This document shows, piece after piece, positions 39,775 through 51,347 of a stretch of 64,000 nt of DNA. Each line of letters starts with the position of its first letter. Position 1 is the first letter of the stretch. The notes beneath the pieces are model-generated. The model was not told the DNA's origin and did no database searches. It saw only the letters and a program-made list of their open reading frames with translations. The position numbers and the translations under genes are program-made. Origin of the DNA: an uncultured Verrucomicrobiae bacterium (GTDB taxonomy: Bacteria > Verrucomicrobiota > Verrucomicrobiia > Chthoniobacterales > JAFAMB01); contig CAWIPH010000002.1 in NCBI GenBank assembly GCA_963837955.1, forward strand, positions 1,632,001 through 1,696,000, in the 5' to 3' direction.

Positions 39775-42700
39775 ATGGCAAACTTTTTCATCAATCGTCC
39801 GGTTTTCGCCTGGGTCATTGCCATCATTTTGATGATGGCTGGCGCGCTATCCATTACCAACCTCCCTGTCGCGCAATATCCGAGCATTGCGCCACCTGCT
39901 GTTTCTATTACGGTTATCGATCCAGGGGCATCGGCTGAAACTGTTCAAAGCACCGTAGTCCAGGTGATCGAACAGCAGCTAAATGGGATCGACAACCTGA
40001 TCTATTTCTCCTCCGAGAGCGACAAGGACGGGAGCATGACGATCACGCTTAACTTTAAGCAGGGAACGAATCCCGACATCGCTCAAGTACAAGTGCAAAA
40101 CAAGTTGCAACTAGCGACTGCGCTACTGCCCCCCGAGGTTCAGCAACAAGGCATCCGTGTTTCGAAAGCCACCAAGAACTTCCTGCTCGCTGTAGCGTTC
40201 GTTTCGACGGACGGTTCCATGAGTTCAGGGGATATCGGAGATTTCATTGTATCCAACATCCAGGATCCGGTCAGCCGCACCAATGGAGTCGGCGATTTTC
40301 AGACCTTTGGTGGAGCTCAATACGCAATGCGCATTTGGCTCGATCCGGCGAAGTTAAATAACTACGGGCTCACCCCGGTCGACATCGGCAACGCAATCAC
40401 CGCGCAAAACGTCCAAATCGCGTCCGGAGAACTGGGTGGACTGCCGTCGATTTCGAAACAGCAGCTCAACGCGACTGTGATCGGTCCCTCCCGCCTGCAA
40501 ACGGCTGAGGAATTCGGCAATATTCTTCTGAAAGTCAATCCGGACGGTTCCCAGGTCCGTCTACACGATGTCGCAAACGTGAGCCTGGGTGGTGAAAATT
40601 ATTCAACCGATACGAAGTACAATGGCAAACCGGCTTCTGCCATCGCGGTCAAACTTGCGACCGGCGCGAACGCGCTCAAGACAGCCGAAGCCGTCAAGGC
40701 GACGATTGAAAAACTAAAGCCGACCTTTCCTCACGGCATTGTAGCGGAATACCCGTACGACACGACGCCATTCGTCAGGATTTCGATCGAAGAAGTGGTC
40801 AAAACATTGATTGAGGCGATCGTTTTGGTGTTCCTCGTGATGTATCTTTTTCTGCAGAACATCCGGGCAACGCTGATTCCGACCATTGCCGTTCCGGTTA
40901 TTCTGCTCGGTACATTTGCGGTGCTCTCGCTCACCGGCTTCTCGATCAATACACTAACCATGTTTGGTATGGTTCTCGCCATCGGACTTTTGGTGGATGA
41001 CGCCATTGTTGTTGTCGAGAACGTGGAACGTCTGATGGCCGAGGAAGGGCTCTCGCCTAAAGAGGCCACCATAAAATCGATGAACCAAATCACCGGCGCT
41101 TTGGTCGGCATCGCGCTGGTCTTGTCCGCTGTCTTTGTTCCGATGGCTTTCTTTGGTGGCTCAACCGGAGTCATCTATCGTCAATTCTCCATCACCATCG
41201 TCTCGGCGATGATACTTTCCGTATTAGTTGCGATCATCTTTACGCCGGCTCTTTGTGCAACCCTTTTAAAGCCGGTCAAAAAAGGGCACCAGGAAAAGAA
41301 GCGTGGGTTCTTCGGTTGGTTCAACCGCATGTTCGACGCCGGCAACCGCGGGTACACGTCCGGCGTCGGCTATATCATCCGCCGTGGCGGTCGTCACTTT
41401 GCGATCTATCTGGCGATTGTTGGAGTCATGGGATTCCTGTTTACACGCCTCCCCAGATCGTTTCTACCGGATGAGGATCAAGGGATCCTATTTGCCCAGG
41501 TCACGACCCCGCCGGGAACACCTCAGAAATACACGCAAAATGTATTGGACCGGATGAATGAATATTTCCTAACCAAAGAAGGCGCTGCCGTCAGTTCAGT
41601 GCTCACTGTTGCCGGCTTCAGTTTCGGCGGTCGCGGTCAAAGTTCCGGACTCATCTTCGTTAGGCTCAAGGATTGGGCGGAACGGCCCGGCGCGAAAAAC
41701 AGAGTACAAGCCATCGCCAGGCGGGCCATGGGCCGGTTCCTGCAGTATCGGGACGCACTGGCCTTCGCGTTCGCTCCACCTGCAGCGATTGAGCTCGGCA
41801 ATGCAACCGGGTTCGATTTCGAATTGATCGACCGGGCAAACGTAGGTCACGCCAAGTTGATGGAAGCGCGGAACCAACTCCTTAAGATGGCTAACCAAAA
41901 TCCGAACTTGGCGGCAGTTCGTTCCAATGGGTTAAACGACGAACCACAATACAAAATCGAGATCGACCGTGAAAAAGCAAACGCGCTCAGTCTGACTGTG
42001 GCGGATGTGAACACCACCCTCTCCGCCGCTTGGGGATCCGAATTCATCGACCAGTTTACGGATCGTGGCCGAGTCAAAAAAGTGTTCATTCAAGGCAGCG
42101 ACAGCTCGCGAATGGTTCCAGAGAACTTCAATGACTGGTATGTTCGAAATAGCCTCCGGCAAATGGTACCATTCGCCGCGTTTTCGCAAGGTTCATGGAT
42201 CTACGGTTCGCCCAAACTCGAGCGATACAATGGCGGTCCGTCCGCCGAAATCCTGGGTGAACCCGCGCCTGGGTTAAGCACTGGTTTAGCCATGGATACA
42301 ATGGAAAAACTGACCGAGAAGCTTCCGCCCGGCATCGGATTCGATTGGACTGGGCTTTCCTACGAAGAACGGGAGGGAGGTTCCCAAGTTGGAATATTGT
42401 ATGCGATCTCGCTAACCGTCGTCTTTCTCTCTTTGGCTGCACTTTACGAGAGCTGGTCCATTCCGGTGGCCGTCATTCTGGTTGTTCCACTTGGAGTCTT
42501 GGGCGCTGTCTTGGCTACCTTTCTGCGGGGCCTATCGAATGATGTCTTTTTTCAAGTGGGCCTTCTAACCACCATTGGACTTTCGGCCAAGAACGCGATC
42601 CTGATCGTCGAATTCGCGAAAGAAAACTTCGAGAAAGGAATGAATCTGGTCGAAGCCGCGAAACATGCAGCCGCCCAGCGTTTGCGTCCAATTCTGATGA

Positions 42701-42894
42701 CTTCGTTTGCCTTTGTCATGGGTGTCATGCCGCTGGCCGTCTCAAGTGGCGCCGGTTCTGGCGGTCAAAACGCAATCGGAACGGGCACAATCGGGGGCAT
42801 GCTTTCCGCGACGGTGCTGGCCATTTTTTTCGTGCCGCTCTTTTTCGTAGCCACTTTGCGATTGTTCAGAGTGAAACCGAAGACATCAAAATAA
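39775..42894 (+). CDS. acrB: HAE1 RND efflux permease (AcrB/MexB)
   Basis: [50 protein letters not shown]. Confidence 0.95.
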   Translation: MANFFINRPVFAWVIAIILMMAGALSITNLPVAQYPSIAPPAVSITVIDPGASAETVQSTVVQVIEQQLNGIDNLIYFSSESDKDGSMTITLNFKQGTNPDIAQVQVQNKLQLATALLPPEVQQQGIRVSKATKNFLLAVAFVSTDGSMSSGDIGDFIVSNIQDPVSRTNGVGDFQTFGGAQYAMRIWLDPAKLNNYGLTPVDIGNAITAQNVQIASGELGGLPSISKQQLNATVIGPSRLQTAEEFGNILLKVNPDGSQVRLHDVANVSLGGENYSTDTKYNGKPASAIAVKLATGANALKTAEAVKATIEKLKPTFPHGIVAEYPYDTTPFVRISIEEVVKTLIEAIVLVFLVMYLFLQNIRATLIPTIAVPVILLGTFAVLSLTGFSINTLTMFGMVLAIGLLVDDAIVVVENVERLMAEEGLSPKEATIKSMNQITGALVGIALVLSAVFVPMAFFGGSTGVIYRQFSITIVSAMILSVLVAIIFTPALCATLLKPVKKGHQEKKRGFFGWFNRMFDAGNRGYTSGVGYIIRRGGRHFAIYLAIVGVMGFLFTRLPRSFLPDEDQGILFAQVTTPPGTPQKYTQNVLDRMNEYFLTKEGAAVSSVLTVAGFSFGGRGQSSGLIFVRLKDWAERPGAKNRVQAIARRAMGRFLQYRDALAFAFAPPAAIELGNATGFDFELIDRANVGHAKLMEARNQLLKMANQNPNLAAVRSNGLNDEPQYKIEIDREKANALSLTVADVNTTLSAAWGSEFIDQFTDRGRVKKVFIQGSDSSRMVPENFNDWYVRNSLRQMVPFAAFSQGSWIYGSPKLERYNGGPSAEILGEPAPGLSTGLAMDTMEKLTEKLPPGIGFDWTGLSYEEREGGSQVGILYAISLTVVFLSLAALYESWSIPVAVILVVPLGVLGAVLATFLRGLSNDVFFQVGLLTTIGLSAKNAILIVEFAKENFEKGMNLVEAAKHAAAQRLRPILMTSFAFVMGVMPLAVSSGAGSGGQNAIGTGTIGGMLSATVLAIFFVPLFFVATLRLFRVKPKTSK

Positions 42895-42937
42895 TGCCCG
42901 ACTATTAGACGGTCCCTCTTTGGAGAGAACTCCGGCG

Positions 42938-43456
42938 ATGCCTCAAACATTAGAAGCCATGAACAGGAACAATGTTAGACTGGCCCAAATGGGATCCGAC
43001 AGTCTTCCGACAAGAAGAGGACGGAGACCAATAACGATTCGTGGTCCTCTGCATATCCAATGCAACGGACATGGAGATCTCAAATACCTGAATCAACTAA
43101 TCGATGAAGTGCTAACCTGGCCTGACATTGAGTCTACTGAGCGGTTTGTTGGTCGATCGAATACAATTCCAATTCGACTAATGGAGATGGCGACCTCTAA
43201 TGATCCCTCGGCATTTATCACCGCTCGGGAGTTTGCTCGGGTGCTTCTTGGAGCCCCAACGATATATCTGGTTTTACCGCTACTAAGCGCTCATAGGGCG
43301 ATTGTTCGGGGATGGGCTGAACCACACTATCTGGGATCTCAGGGCCTGATGCCGGCTGGCACGGTCGTCGTCTATACGCCAAAAGATGATGAGGAGCTTG
43401 AGGTCTGCTCTGTCCTTTTCTCTGAGTCCTACCGTTTAGGGCATAAGATCGATTAG
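42938..43456 (+). CDS. Luciferase-domain (DUF5519-like) protein
   Basis: LPTRRGRRP..GPLHIQ, REFA, GWAEPH, VYTPKDDEEL. Confidence 0.65.
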   Translation: MPQTLEAMNRNNVRLAQMGSDSLPTRRGRRPITIRGPLHIQCNGHGDLKYLNQLIDEVLTWPDIESTERFVGRSNTIPIRLMEMATSNDPSAFITAREFARVLLGAPTIYLVLPLLSAHRAIVRGWAEPHYLGSQGLMPAGTVVVYTPKDDEELEVCSVLFSESYRLGHKID

Positions 43457-43833
43457 GCGGGTATATGTCCCGTTGCTAGCGACTTTCAGATACCATCGGA
43501 CTGACAAAATGGATCAAACTCTCACTCGTCCCCATGCAGGCTGAAATGCGGACCTACGCAGAACTGCGAGAGCAAATGCACGACGCCTGCTCTAGCAACA
43601 TCCCGAGCGGGTCGAGCCAAACGCGAGTGCCTACTAATTGAGATGACAGCTCGGACAACGATTACGGCAATCGGGTAAAAAGGGAGACCATCTCCAAGAG
43701 ACTGGTATTCAATATCGCGAGCCAAATGTGCGAGTTAATATTTCTCGCCTTCCCGTTCTGAAAAGACAGTCCTCTTTTTCGAAAATGAAACTTGTTCGGC
43801 CGAACAAAATAACTGCCCGGTAACATACAGAAA

Positions 43834-44271
43834 ATGAAGATGACCCAATACGTAACGCTTTTAAGAGTCCTTTCGAGCTTATCCCTTTGCTTGGTCCCGG
43901 CCGGGCTGAGTGCGCGTGAGCCACAAATCGACGTACAACAGATTCTGCAGACGACGCAATCGTGGGATGGCAGTGACTACAAAAGCTATCCTACTGGACA
44001 GCCGCAATTGACAGTGCTCAGGATCACAGTTCCGCCGAATACAGCTTTGCATTGGCATCATCACCCGGTGATCAGCGTCGGTTATGTGCTATCTGGCGAA
44101 CTTACGCTGGAAAAAAAAGCGACCGGCGAGCGCACGGTTATACATGCCGGCCAAGCGTTAGCGGAAACTGTCCAGACGACGCATCGAGGTTTCACGACGA
44201 ACGAACCAGTTGAGCTAGTTGTTTTCTACGCCGGACAGGTGGGACTGCCGATTACCGTCAATGAAGAGTGA
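43834..44271 (+). CDS. Secreted cupin-domain protein
   Basis: Signal peptide, WHHHP, GYVLSGEL, E..THRG. Confidence 0.85.
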   Translation: MKMTQYVTLLRVLSSLSLCLVPAGLSAREPQIDVQQILQTTQSWDGSDYKSYPTGQPQLTVLRITVPPNTALHWHHHPVISVGYVLSGELTLEKKATGERTVIHAGQALAETVQTTHRGFTTNEPVELVVFYAGQVGLPITVNEE

Positions 44272-44339
44272 CGGAGTGGGGGTCGATGTGACCTCTTCTA
44301 AGACAAGCACTTTGGGATGGGTATCACCTAAGGTCGGGT

Positions 44340-45005
44340 TTATTTAGACGCGACCTTTGGCCGCTTCTTCCTTGGGTGTTTCGGAGCGACCAGGGCGAAA
44401 ACGATGGCATTGCTCAACCATTTTTCGTAGCGCTCTGAACTCCATTTGCGGTCAACGACCAGCATTCGGTAAATGTCCCGCCCGGTAAATGTCCACAAGA
44501 TATCTCTGGCTTCTTTTGCATCGAGTCCGGGGAGCAGTCGACCTGATTCGACGAGGTTGGCGATAGTCTGAGCTTGAGCCTCGTACCGGCCACATTCGCG
44601 CTCATATTCGATGGCTGCTAATTCCGGAATCACCACACCGGCTTTGCGCAACAAATCGAACTCCGACCGTTCGGAATCATAAATCTGCCGGGCAATTCGA
44701 GGGGCCATTTTGAGACGGGCTACTGGGTCCGCCAGGTCTTTCACCTCACTGATAAGGTCCTGATATGCGGGACCAAAGGCCGCTCGATCAATCAATTCGG
44801 TCAGGATGCGCCGCTTAGAGCCAAATACCGCATAAACCGTTGGCGCCGCCACGCCGGCCTCGCGGGCAATGGCTTCAATCGTCGCTGCCTCATAGCCTTT
44901 ATTTAAGATAAGCTGCCGCGCCGCGGCAGCGATGCGCGCCCGCGTCTCATCGGCCTGTCTTTGCCGGACGAGGGAATAGTAGGATCGGACGACTTTTTTT
45001 GCCAT
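44340..45005 (-). CDS. TetR-family regulator
   Basis: GYEAATIEAIAREAGVAAPTVYAVFGSK. Confidence 0.9.
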   Translation of the reverse strand: MAKKVVRSYYSLVRQRQADETRARIAAAARQLILNKGYEAATIEAIAREAGVAAPTVYAVFGSKRRILTELIDRAAFGPAYQDLISEVKDLADPVARLKMAPRIARQIYDSERSEFDLLRKAGVVIPELAAIEYERECGRYEAQAQTIANLVESGRLLPGLDAKEARDILWTFTGRDIYRMLVVDRKWSSERYEKWLSNAIVFALVAPKHPRKKRPKVASK

Positions 45006-45026
45006 TGACGAAACGGATGATTTGAA

Positions 45027-45056
45027 TATAGTGTACTATAACGAATATAGTATAAT
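45027..45056. promoter_or_regulatory. Putative TetR operator and divergent promoter
   Basis: Overlapping dyads TATAGTGTACTATA and ACTATAACGAATATAGT, followed by TATAAT. Confidence 0.5.
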
Positions 45057-45093
45057 GCCTCTAACTCTAACAAACAAATTCGAAATCTGAGTT

Positions 45094-45561
45094 ATGAACT
45101 CCACCGAACTTGAACCCGATCAAATGCCCAAGGCAATCGTTAATTGGCTCTACGCGGAAGTCTTCAACAAAGGAAACGCGGATATTGCCGACCAGCTCAT
45201 TTCGCCAGACTTCAACGGACCTGCGGGAAACGGTCCGGAAGGATTCAAGGCCCTTATTTTGCCGCTCCGCCAGGCCTTTCCTGACCTCCATTTCAAGATA
45301 CAGGACACCGTGGCGGAAGGTTCCCGCGTGGTGGTGCGCTGGATATGGAGGGGAACCCATCGCGGATCGTTTGCCGGTATCGCTCCGACCGGACGTCAAG
45401 TTTTTAACGAGGGTATTGCCATCTACCGATTCGAGGATGGGAAAATTACGGAGGCGTGGTCGCAAATGGACCGTCTGGGAGTCCTTCAGCAAATCGGAGC
45501 TTTGCCAGCCATTGCCCAAGCCGGTCCTGCTCGTCAGACAGAAGTAACACATCCTGCCTGA
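45094..45561 (+). CDS. SnoaL-like ester cyclase
   Basis: AFPDLHF, GTHRGSFAGIAPTGR, DGKITEAW. Confidence 0.88.
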   Translation: MNSTELEPDQMPKAIVNWLYAEVFNKGNADIADQLISPDFNGPAGNGPEGFKALILPLRQAFPDLHFKIQDTVAEGSRVVVRWIWRGTHRGSFAGIAPTGRQVFNEGIAIYRFEDGKITEAWSQMDRLGVLQQIGALPAIAQAGPARQTEVTHPA

Positions 45562-45565
45562 ACGA

Positions 45566-46186
45566 ATGGTCATGAAATTATTTATCCTCGGAGCCAGTGG
45601 CGGCATCGGCCAGCACTTGTTACAGATTGCGCTCGAACGCGGTTACCAAGTGACGGCGTATGTTCGCTCTCCTCAGAAAATCGGTTCTACGCACGAGCGA
45701 CTCGAAGTGGTCCAAGGCGAAGTATTCAACGCAGACCAGATGGCGCGCTCTTTGGCCGGCCACGATGCTGTTCTATCGTCCTTTGGGCCACTAACCGTGC
45801 GTTCTTCGACCTTGCGACGCGAGTTCGGACGGACCCTGGCCGCAGCTATGCGGAAGAGCGGTGTCCGGCGAACCCAAATTGTATCTGCTGCATTTCTCTT
45901 TCGAGATTTGAACGTCCTGGGCCGTCTTCTAAAGGCAACCCTGTTTCGTCAGATGGTCCCCGACATGGCCGGAATGGAAGCCGAAGTTTGTCAAAGCGAT
46001 CTCGACTGGACCATTGTGCGCCCTCCGCGCCTCACCAATGGTCCAGCCAGGCACTCTTACCGCGTTGCAGATGGGAACCTGCCAAAAGGGGGATTCCTTA
46101 TTTCACGAGCAGATGTGGCCCACTTCATGATTGGCGAAGCCGAAAATCCGACTCACCGGAAGCAGATTGTCGGGGTGGCTAACTAG
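45566..46186 (+). CDS. NAD(P)-binding oxidoreductase (BVR-B/flavin reductase-like)
   Basis: GASGGIG, LDWTIVRPPRL, ISRADVA. Confidence 0.88.
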   Translation: MVMKLFILGASGGIGQHLLQIALERGYQVTAYVRSPQKIGSTHERLEVVQGEVFNADQMARSLAGHDAVLSSFGPLTVRSSTLRREFGRTLAAAMRKSGVRRTQIVSAAFLFRDLNVLGRLLKATLFRQMVPDMAGMEAEVCQSDLDWTIVRPPRLTNGPARHSYRVADGNLPKGGFLISRADVAHFMIGEAENPTHRKQIVGVAN

Positions 46187-46269
46187 ACGCGTTTGCCGGA
46201 CGCTGGATTGAGCGAATTCATGTCGCTCATTTCATGCTGGAGACGATCGGGAGTGGTGAGGGAAGCCTG

Positions 46270-46330
46270 CGAATGGGGGTCCAACATTCAACACATAAGA
46301 GCAATGTGTGTTGAGTGCTTAGGCTCGACC
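46270..46330. repeat. Palindromic REP-like element, copy 2
   Basis: GAATGGGGGTC CAACATTCAACACAT..TGTGTTGAGTGCTTAGGCTCGACC, matching 9658-9712. Confidence 0.7.
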
Positions 46331-46512
46331 TTTTTTAGGCTCCCATTTTTAGATCCGTGGACGACTCTTGGCCACCCAGCGAGTTAAGTGGAGGAAGGCC
46401 GACGGGGACTTCCTCATCGCCGGAAAATAGGGGCCGCAATTCCGCAACGAAATGCTATAGCATCGGAGTACCATATCATCGGCCGACGTGTTTCGCGGGA
46501 GACAACAGGCCG

Positions 46513-48243
46513 ATGACGGAATATGGTCCTCCAACAAATCCGTCCATGACCGAACTCGACAAAGATGAGCAATTCTATCGCGACACGGAGAGCATTGCCT
46601 TTCCGAAGCTCGATGACCGGCAGCTCGCAATGCTGGAGCCACTCGGCGCGCGGCGCATCGTGCGGCGCGGCGAACTGGTATACAAAGCGGGCCAACGCGA
46701 TGTCGGGTTGACCACGGTCCTGCGCGGCGAGCTGGAAGTCTTCGAGTCACGCGACGGGCAAGAGCAGATCCTGGCGACTTCAGGCCCGCGCGGTTTCATC
46801 GGGGACGTTGCGATGCTCATGGGCACCGCGGCGCTGGCCAGCGCGCGAGGCAAAGCGGATGAGAGCGAAATTTTGGAAGTGCCCGCGGATAGGCTTCGCC
46901 AAGCGCTGGCGGAACTGCCCGGCGTCAGCGAGCCGGTCGTGCGCGCGTTCATCATGCGCCGGCAGCGGCTGAAGCGCGACCGCGAGTTTGCCGGGCTGCG
47001 CGTTCTCGCACAGGATGGCTCGCGGGACGGCCATCAACTCGACGATTTTCTCGACAAAAATCATATCCCGCATCGATTGATAGACTTTCAAAGCGAATAC
47101 GGGCGCGCCTTATCCGAACGCTTGCACCTGACGAGTCGCGATTTGCCTGTCCTGATCACGGCAAGTGGAATGCCGTTGCGCCGCCCGTCGCTTCGCGAAG
47201 TCGCGCGCGTCGCCGGGCTGCTCCGGCCGCTGGCGCAGGACGAGGAGAGCGAAATCACCTGCGATCTCGCTATCGTCGGGGCGGGTCCGGCCGGTCTTGC
47301 CGCCGCGGTTTATGCCGCCTCCGAAGGGCTCAAGACTGTGGTTTTGGAAAGCTACGCGCCAGGTGGACAAGCCGGGTCTTCTTCGCTGATCGAGAATTTT
47401 TTCGGCTTTCCCACTGGCATTAGCGGCGGCGAACTGACTTACGGCGCGCAACTTCAGGCATATCGTTTCGGCGCGAAGTTTTCGACGCCGGCGCAGGCGC
47501 TCTCGCTCGCATTCATCGACGGCGAGCACCGGGCGAGCCTGCAAATCGAAGGCTGCAACGCGACCCTGCTGGCGAAGTGCGTCATCATCGCGACGGGCGC
47601 GGACTATCATCGTCTGGAGGCCGAGGGGCGCGAGAACTTCGAGGGCTCCGGCCTTTACTACGCTGCCACGGCGCGGGAAGGGCAACTCTGCCGTGGCTCG
47701 ACCGTGATCGTTGCCGGCGGCGGCAACTCGGCGGGCCAAGCCGCGATGTTTCTCTCCGAAGGCGCGGAGAAGGTGCTGTTGGTGGTCCGAGGCGAAGGTC
47801 TCGTCAAAAGCATGTCGACTTATCTCTCACGCCGCGTTGAGGCGAAGGAGAACATCGAAATTCTAACGTGTACCGAGATTCGGAGAATGATGGGCGGGAA
47901 GGTTCTGGAAGCTGTCGAGCTGGAGAACACGAAGACGCACGAGCGACGAACGGTGCAGACGTCAGCCGTCTTTTCCATGGTCGGCGCGAAGCCGTGCACC
48001 GCTTGGTTGCCGCCCGAGATCGAGCGGGATGAAAAGGGCTTTATCAAAACCGGCCATGCGGTCGTCGACGCGCCCGCGTGGAAAGGCAAGAGCCGTCCGC
48101 CGGGGCCGCTGGAGACGAGCTGGCCAGGCATCTTTGCCGTAGGCGACGTGCGTTCCGGCTCGGTGAAACGCTGCGCTGCCGCAGTGGGCGAGGGGGGCAT
48201 GGCGGTCGAGGGAGTGCACGACGTCCTTAGAACTTACGCCTGA
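46513..48243 (+). CDS. cNMP-binding domain + thioredoxin-reductase-like FAD oxidoreductase
   Basis: AFPKL/cNMP N-terminus, GAGPAG, GGQAGSSSLIEN, GGGNSAGQAA, GDVRSGSVKR. Start 46513 or 46546. Confidence 0.88.
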   Translation: MTEYGPPTNPSMTELDKDEQFYRDTESIAFPKLDDRQLAMLEPLGARRIVRRGELVYKAGQRDVGLTTVLRGELEVFESRDGQEQILATSGPRGFIGDVAMLMGTAALASARGKADESEILEVPADRLRQALAELPGVSEPVVRAFIMRRQRLKRDREFAGLRVLAQDGSRDGHQLDDFLDKNHIPHRLIDFQSEYGRALSERLHLTSRDLPVLITASGMPLRRPSLREVARVAGLLRPLAQDEESEITCDLAIVGAGPAGLAAAVYAASEGLKTVVLESYAPGGQAGSSSLIENFFGFPTGISGGELTYGAQLQAYRFGAKFSTPAQALSLAFIDGEHRASLQIEGCNATLLAKCVIIATGADYHRLEAEGRENFEGSGLYYAATAREGQLCRGSTVIVAGGGNSAGQAAMFLSEGAEKVLLVVRGEGLVKSMSTYLSRRVEAKENIEILTCTEIRRMMGGKVLEAVELENTKTHERRTVQTSAVFSMVGAKPCTAWLPPEIERDEKGFIKTGHAVVDAPAWKGKSRPPGPLETSWPGIFAVGDVRSGSVKRCAAAVGEGGMAVEGVHDVLRTYA

Positions 48244-48479
48244 CTGCGCGCGCCAGGTCGCATCAGGGCTGAATGGCATCCGCTGACGAGCCCAATCGAA
48301 GTTCTCGTCGACTTATTGATGGTCCGAACTCGCTGTCGGAATGCATCGCCCGCCTTATGCGGCAATGCTCGTAACTGGTTTCGGATTCGAGTTTGTTCCG
48401 GATTGCTGTCTAAAATAGAAATCTCTTTTATTAATGTTGTAATATATAGGTATTGTAAACGGTAGTTCCAGATTCGTCG

Positions 48480-50015
48480 ATGCTCGATCTCCTCTTGGAT
48501 AACGCGGCGGCAAAGTTTCCGCTCAAGGCCGCTTTGATTTTTGAGGACGAAACTTATACTTACGGCGACCTGCTTAGCCGCACTCAAAGCTTGGCGGCCT
48601 CCCTGTTGGAGCGAGGAATCAATCCAGGGGATCGAGTTGCATTTTTGCTGCCAAACTGCCCTGAAATAGTGCTCTGCTACTACGCCTGTTTTAAGATGGG
48701 CGCGATCGCTGTACCTCTGAACATTCGCTTCGGCGCCGACCTGCTTAAGTATGTCATCAACCACAGCGGGGCTCGTCTTCTAATCAGTGAACCAGAACTG
48801 TTCACACAGGTGGAAAAAATCAGGCGGTCGCTGCCTGAAGTCGAGCAATACTACGTGGTCTGCCGCCACTCGGATTTCGGTGGAGTAGCGCCCTTCAGTG
48901 AACTACTCCAAGCGACATTAAGCGTGGATCGTTTGCCGGTCTTAGAAGAGGGCAGTCCCGCTGCGATTTACTACACATCAGGCACAACGGGGTTGCCGAA
49001 GGCGGTGATACATACCCACGGCAGCTTGGCGCGGGCAACCTCTGATCAAATACAGCAAATCGGCATTTCTGCCGATGACAAGACGCTGATCATGTTTTCG
49101 GTATGCTATCTGATCGGTTTTGGCTCTCAGGTTCTGACTTTCCACAGCTGCGGAGCGACCTGTATTCTGTTAAGTTATTTTGAACCGCCGCTGGCTCTCA
49201 AAGCCATCCAAGCCTATAAGGCGACCAAAACGTATTGCTTCCCGAAACTATACAATGATCTAGTTAACTACCCGGAAGCCGGCCAGTATAACCTTCGATC
49301 GCTAGATTTCTGTTTCTCTGCCGGCGAAGCGATTGCTGTTGTCATCCAGGAGCGATTCAAGCGGATCTTTGGTGTCGAAATCACAGAAGGCTGCGGTATG
49401 ACGGAGCTGCAAATCTACAGCATGAACCCTCCGTATGGTAAAAAGAAGGTTGGCTCAATTGGGAAACCCATCGTCGGTATGGAAGTTTCTCTGATTGATG
49501 ATTCTGGCCGTCCGATTTCTCGACCAGGTGAAATCGGTGAGATGATCGTCCGTGGAGGTAGTATGACCGCGGGCTACTGGCGCGATCCGGAACTAACTGC
49601 AAGGAATATCATGGATGGGTGGTTTCATACCGGCGACCTCGCTTATAAAGACGAAGAGGACTTTTACTGGTTCGTAAGTCGCAAATCGGAGATCATCAAC
49701 CATCGAGCTGGACTGGTATCACCTATCGAAGTCGAGGGCGTGTTGTACCGACATCCAAGCGTCAGAGAAATAGGCGTCATTGGAGTACCTGACAGACATG
49801 GTGGCGAGCTAGTACAGGCACATGTAGTTCTCAAGGAAGACAGCTCTCCAGTTACGCAACAACAATTGCTCGATTTTGCCAGAATGCGCCTGGCTGAATA
49901 TAAAGTTCCGGACCAGATCATTTTCTCCGAGACCCTACCGTACGGACCCACCGGAAAGATTGACCGAAAAACTTTGCGGGAGAACTCCCTTAGGCAAATA
50001 GCTGAGCATCGTTAG
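48480..50015 (+). CDS. Class I adenylate-forming enzyme (acyl-CoA synthetase)
   Basis: YTSGTTGLPK, GMTE, TGDL, PTGKIDR. Confidence 0.92.
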   Translation: MLDLLLDNAAAKFPLKAALIFEDETYTYGDLLSRTQSLAASLLERGINPGDRVAFLLPNCPEIVLCYYACFKMGAIAVPLNIRFGADLLKYVINHSGARLLISEPELFTQVEKIRRSLPEVEQYYVVCRHSDFGGVAPFSELLQATLSVDRLPVLEEGSPAAIYYTSGTTGLPKAVIHTHGSLARATSDQIQQIGISADDKTLIMFSVCYLIGFGSQVLTFHSCGATCILLSYFEPPLALKAIQAYKATKTYCFPKLYNDLVNYPEAGQYNLRSLDFCFSAGEAIAVVIQERFKRIFGVEITEGCGMTELQIYSMNPPYGKKKVGSIGKPIVGMEVSLIDDSGRPISRPGEIGEMIVRGGSMTAGYWRDPELTARNIMDGWFHTGDLAYKDEEDFYWFVSRKSEIINHRAGLVSPIEVEGVLYRHPSVREIGVIGVPDRHGGELVQAHVVLKEDSSPVTQQQLLDFARMRLAEYKVPDQIIFSETLPYGPTGKIDRKTLRENSLRQIAEHR

Positions 50016-50056
50016 GGTGAGCCAACCGCTCTTCACTAGTTTTCGTGCCGCCCAAT

Positions 50057-50125
50057 GGTAGCGGTAAATACACGGAGACTGTCGCGCATCGAGGAGACGA
50101 GTCACTACTTTTTAGATTCGTTTCC
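50057..50125. repeat. Direct repeat, copy A (partner at 58184-58252)
   Basis: Ungapped alignment; I count 55/69 identities by hand. Confidence 0.8.
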
Positions 50126-50149
50126 TCTCAAGAAGACGGGTTCCGTAGA

Positions 50150-51340
50150 TCAAGCCTTATCGGCACTGGTTTGCTCGGTCGGTGCGGCGGGAACGGATAT
50201 TAAACCCCACCAGAGAAGCGGCAGGGAAAGAAGGAGGATGACCCCGATCGACAGAGAGGCGGTCAACACCGAAAAGTGGCTGGCGACGGGGCCTGCGACA
50301 ACGCCGCCTACCAGCGTTCCAATAGCATAAGCGATATTGAAGATGGCATAAACCGACGCGTAGGCGCCTGCTGCGCAACGGTCCACGGCGTCAGCAAGTT
50401 CGGTAAGCAGAGGATTCATGGCACAAGCGTAGGCAATGGTGACTAGACACAATGCCGCGCCCACCAAAATCACGCTCGGGTAGAGTACAAGCAGGGGCAT
50501 TCCGATGGCCATAGTGGTCAAACCGAGAGCGATGGCAAATCGCCGTCCAAACCAGTTCGTCAAACCTTCCACGGGCGTGGCGGCAAGCCCGTATGCTACA
50601 CCAGAGAGAGTAAACAGCAGCCCGACTACGGTCGATGATGCCCCTGCCTTATCAATTAAGAACGCTGGCACATCGGGCTCGATCAATCCCCAACCACAGG
50701 CAATGAGGGCGGCGACGAGTGCGGCAGCGAGCACGGCTCGATTACGGAAAAGGACAGGCATCGCGTTGGGAACAGCAATGTGATTTTGATCGTGCGGAAT
50801 CAAAGTGAGACGCAGGATGAGATCCGCCAACGCGATTAGTCCACTGACCCAAAACGGCGCAAGATATCCGCCCATGTCGTAAAGGGCACCGCCGGCTAGC
50901 GGAGCCATGAGCGCCCCCATCGTAGCGCCGAGCATGGCCAGGCCCATTTTTTGCACTCGCTGGTTGGGATACCGCTCCGCGATGACCGCGAGCCCCGCAG
51001 TCCATGCCGCGGAGGAAGCTCCGCCTTGGATAATTCGCGCAAGGATGAGTATCCAATAACTCCCTGCGTTGGCGAAAATAAACGTCGCGATCAACTGAGC
51101 GACGGCTCCGACAATGAGCGGGTTCTTGCGGCCAATTCGGTCGGATACGACGCCAAAAAGCGGCGTAAGCAGCACCACTCCGAGGGCATAACTGCAGTAA
51201 AGTGATGCGATATCCGAGGTGGAACTGATGCCCGCGGGCGACAGCGGGGCGAGCGGTATGACCACTTCGTAAAGGAACGCGTCGGTAAAGAGGGCAAAAC
51301 CGACCGCGACTAATGGAGAGAGGGAGCGTCTGCCTTCCAT
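50150..51340 (-). CDS. MFS transporter (DHA1/vesicular amine transporter-like)
   Basis: FTDAFLYEVVIP, SDRIGRK, AYASVYAIFNIAYAIG; about 12 TM segments. Confidence 0.85.
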   Translation of the reverse strand: MEGRRSLSPLVAVGFALFTDAFLYEVVIPLAPLSPAGISSTSDIASLYCSYALGVVLLTPLFGVVSDRIGRKNPLIVGAVAQLIATFIFANAGSYWILILARIIQGGASSAAWTAGLAVIAERYPNQRVQKMGLAMLGATMGALMAPLAGGALYDMGGYLAPFWVSGLIALADLILRLTLIPHDQNHIAVPNAMPVLFRNRAVLAAALVAALIACGWGLIEPDVPAFLIDKAGASSTVVGLLFTLSGVAYGLAATPVEGLTNWFGRRFAIALGLTTMAIGMPLLVLYPSVILVGAALCLVTIAYACAMNPLLTELADAVDRCAAGAYASVYAIFNIAYAIGTLVGGVVAGPVASHFSVLTASLSIGVILLLSLPLLWWGLISVPAAPTEQTSADKA

Positions 51341-51347
51341 TTTTGGG

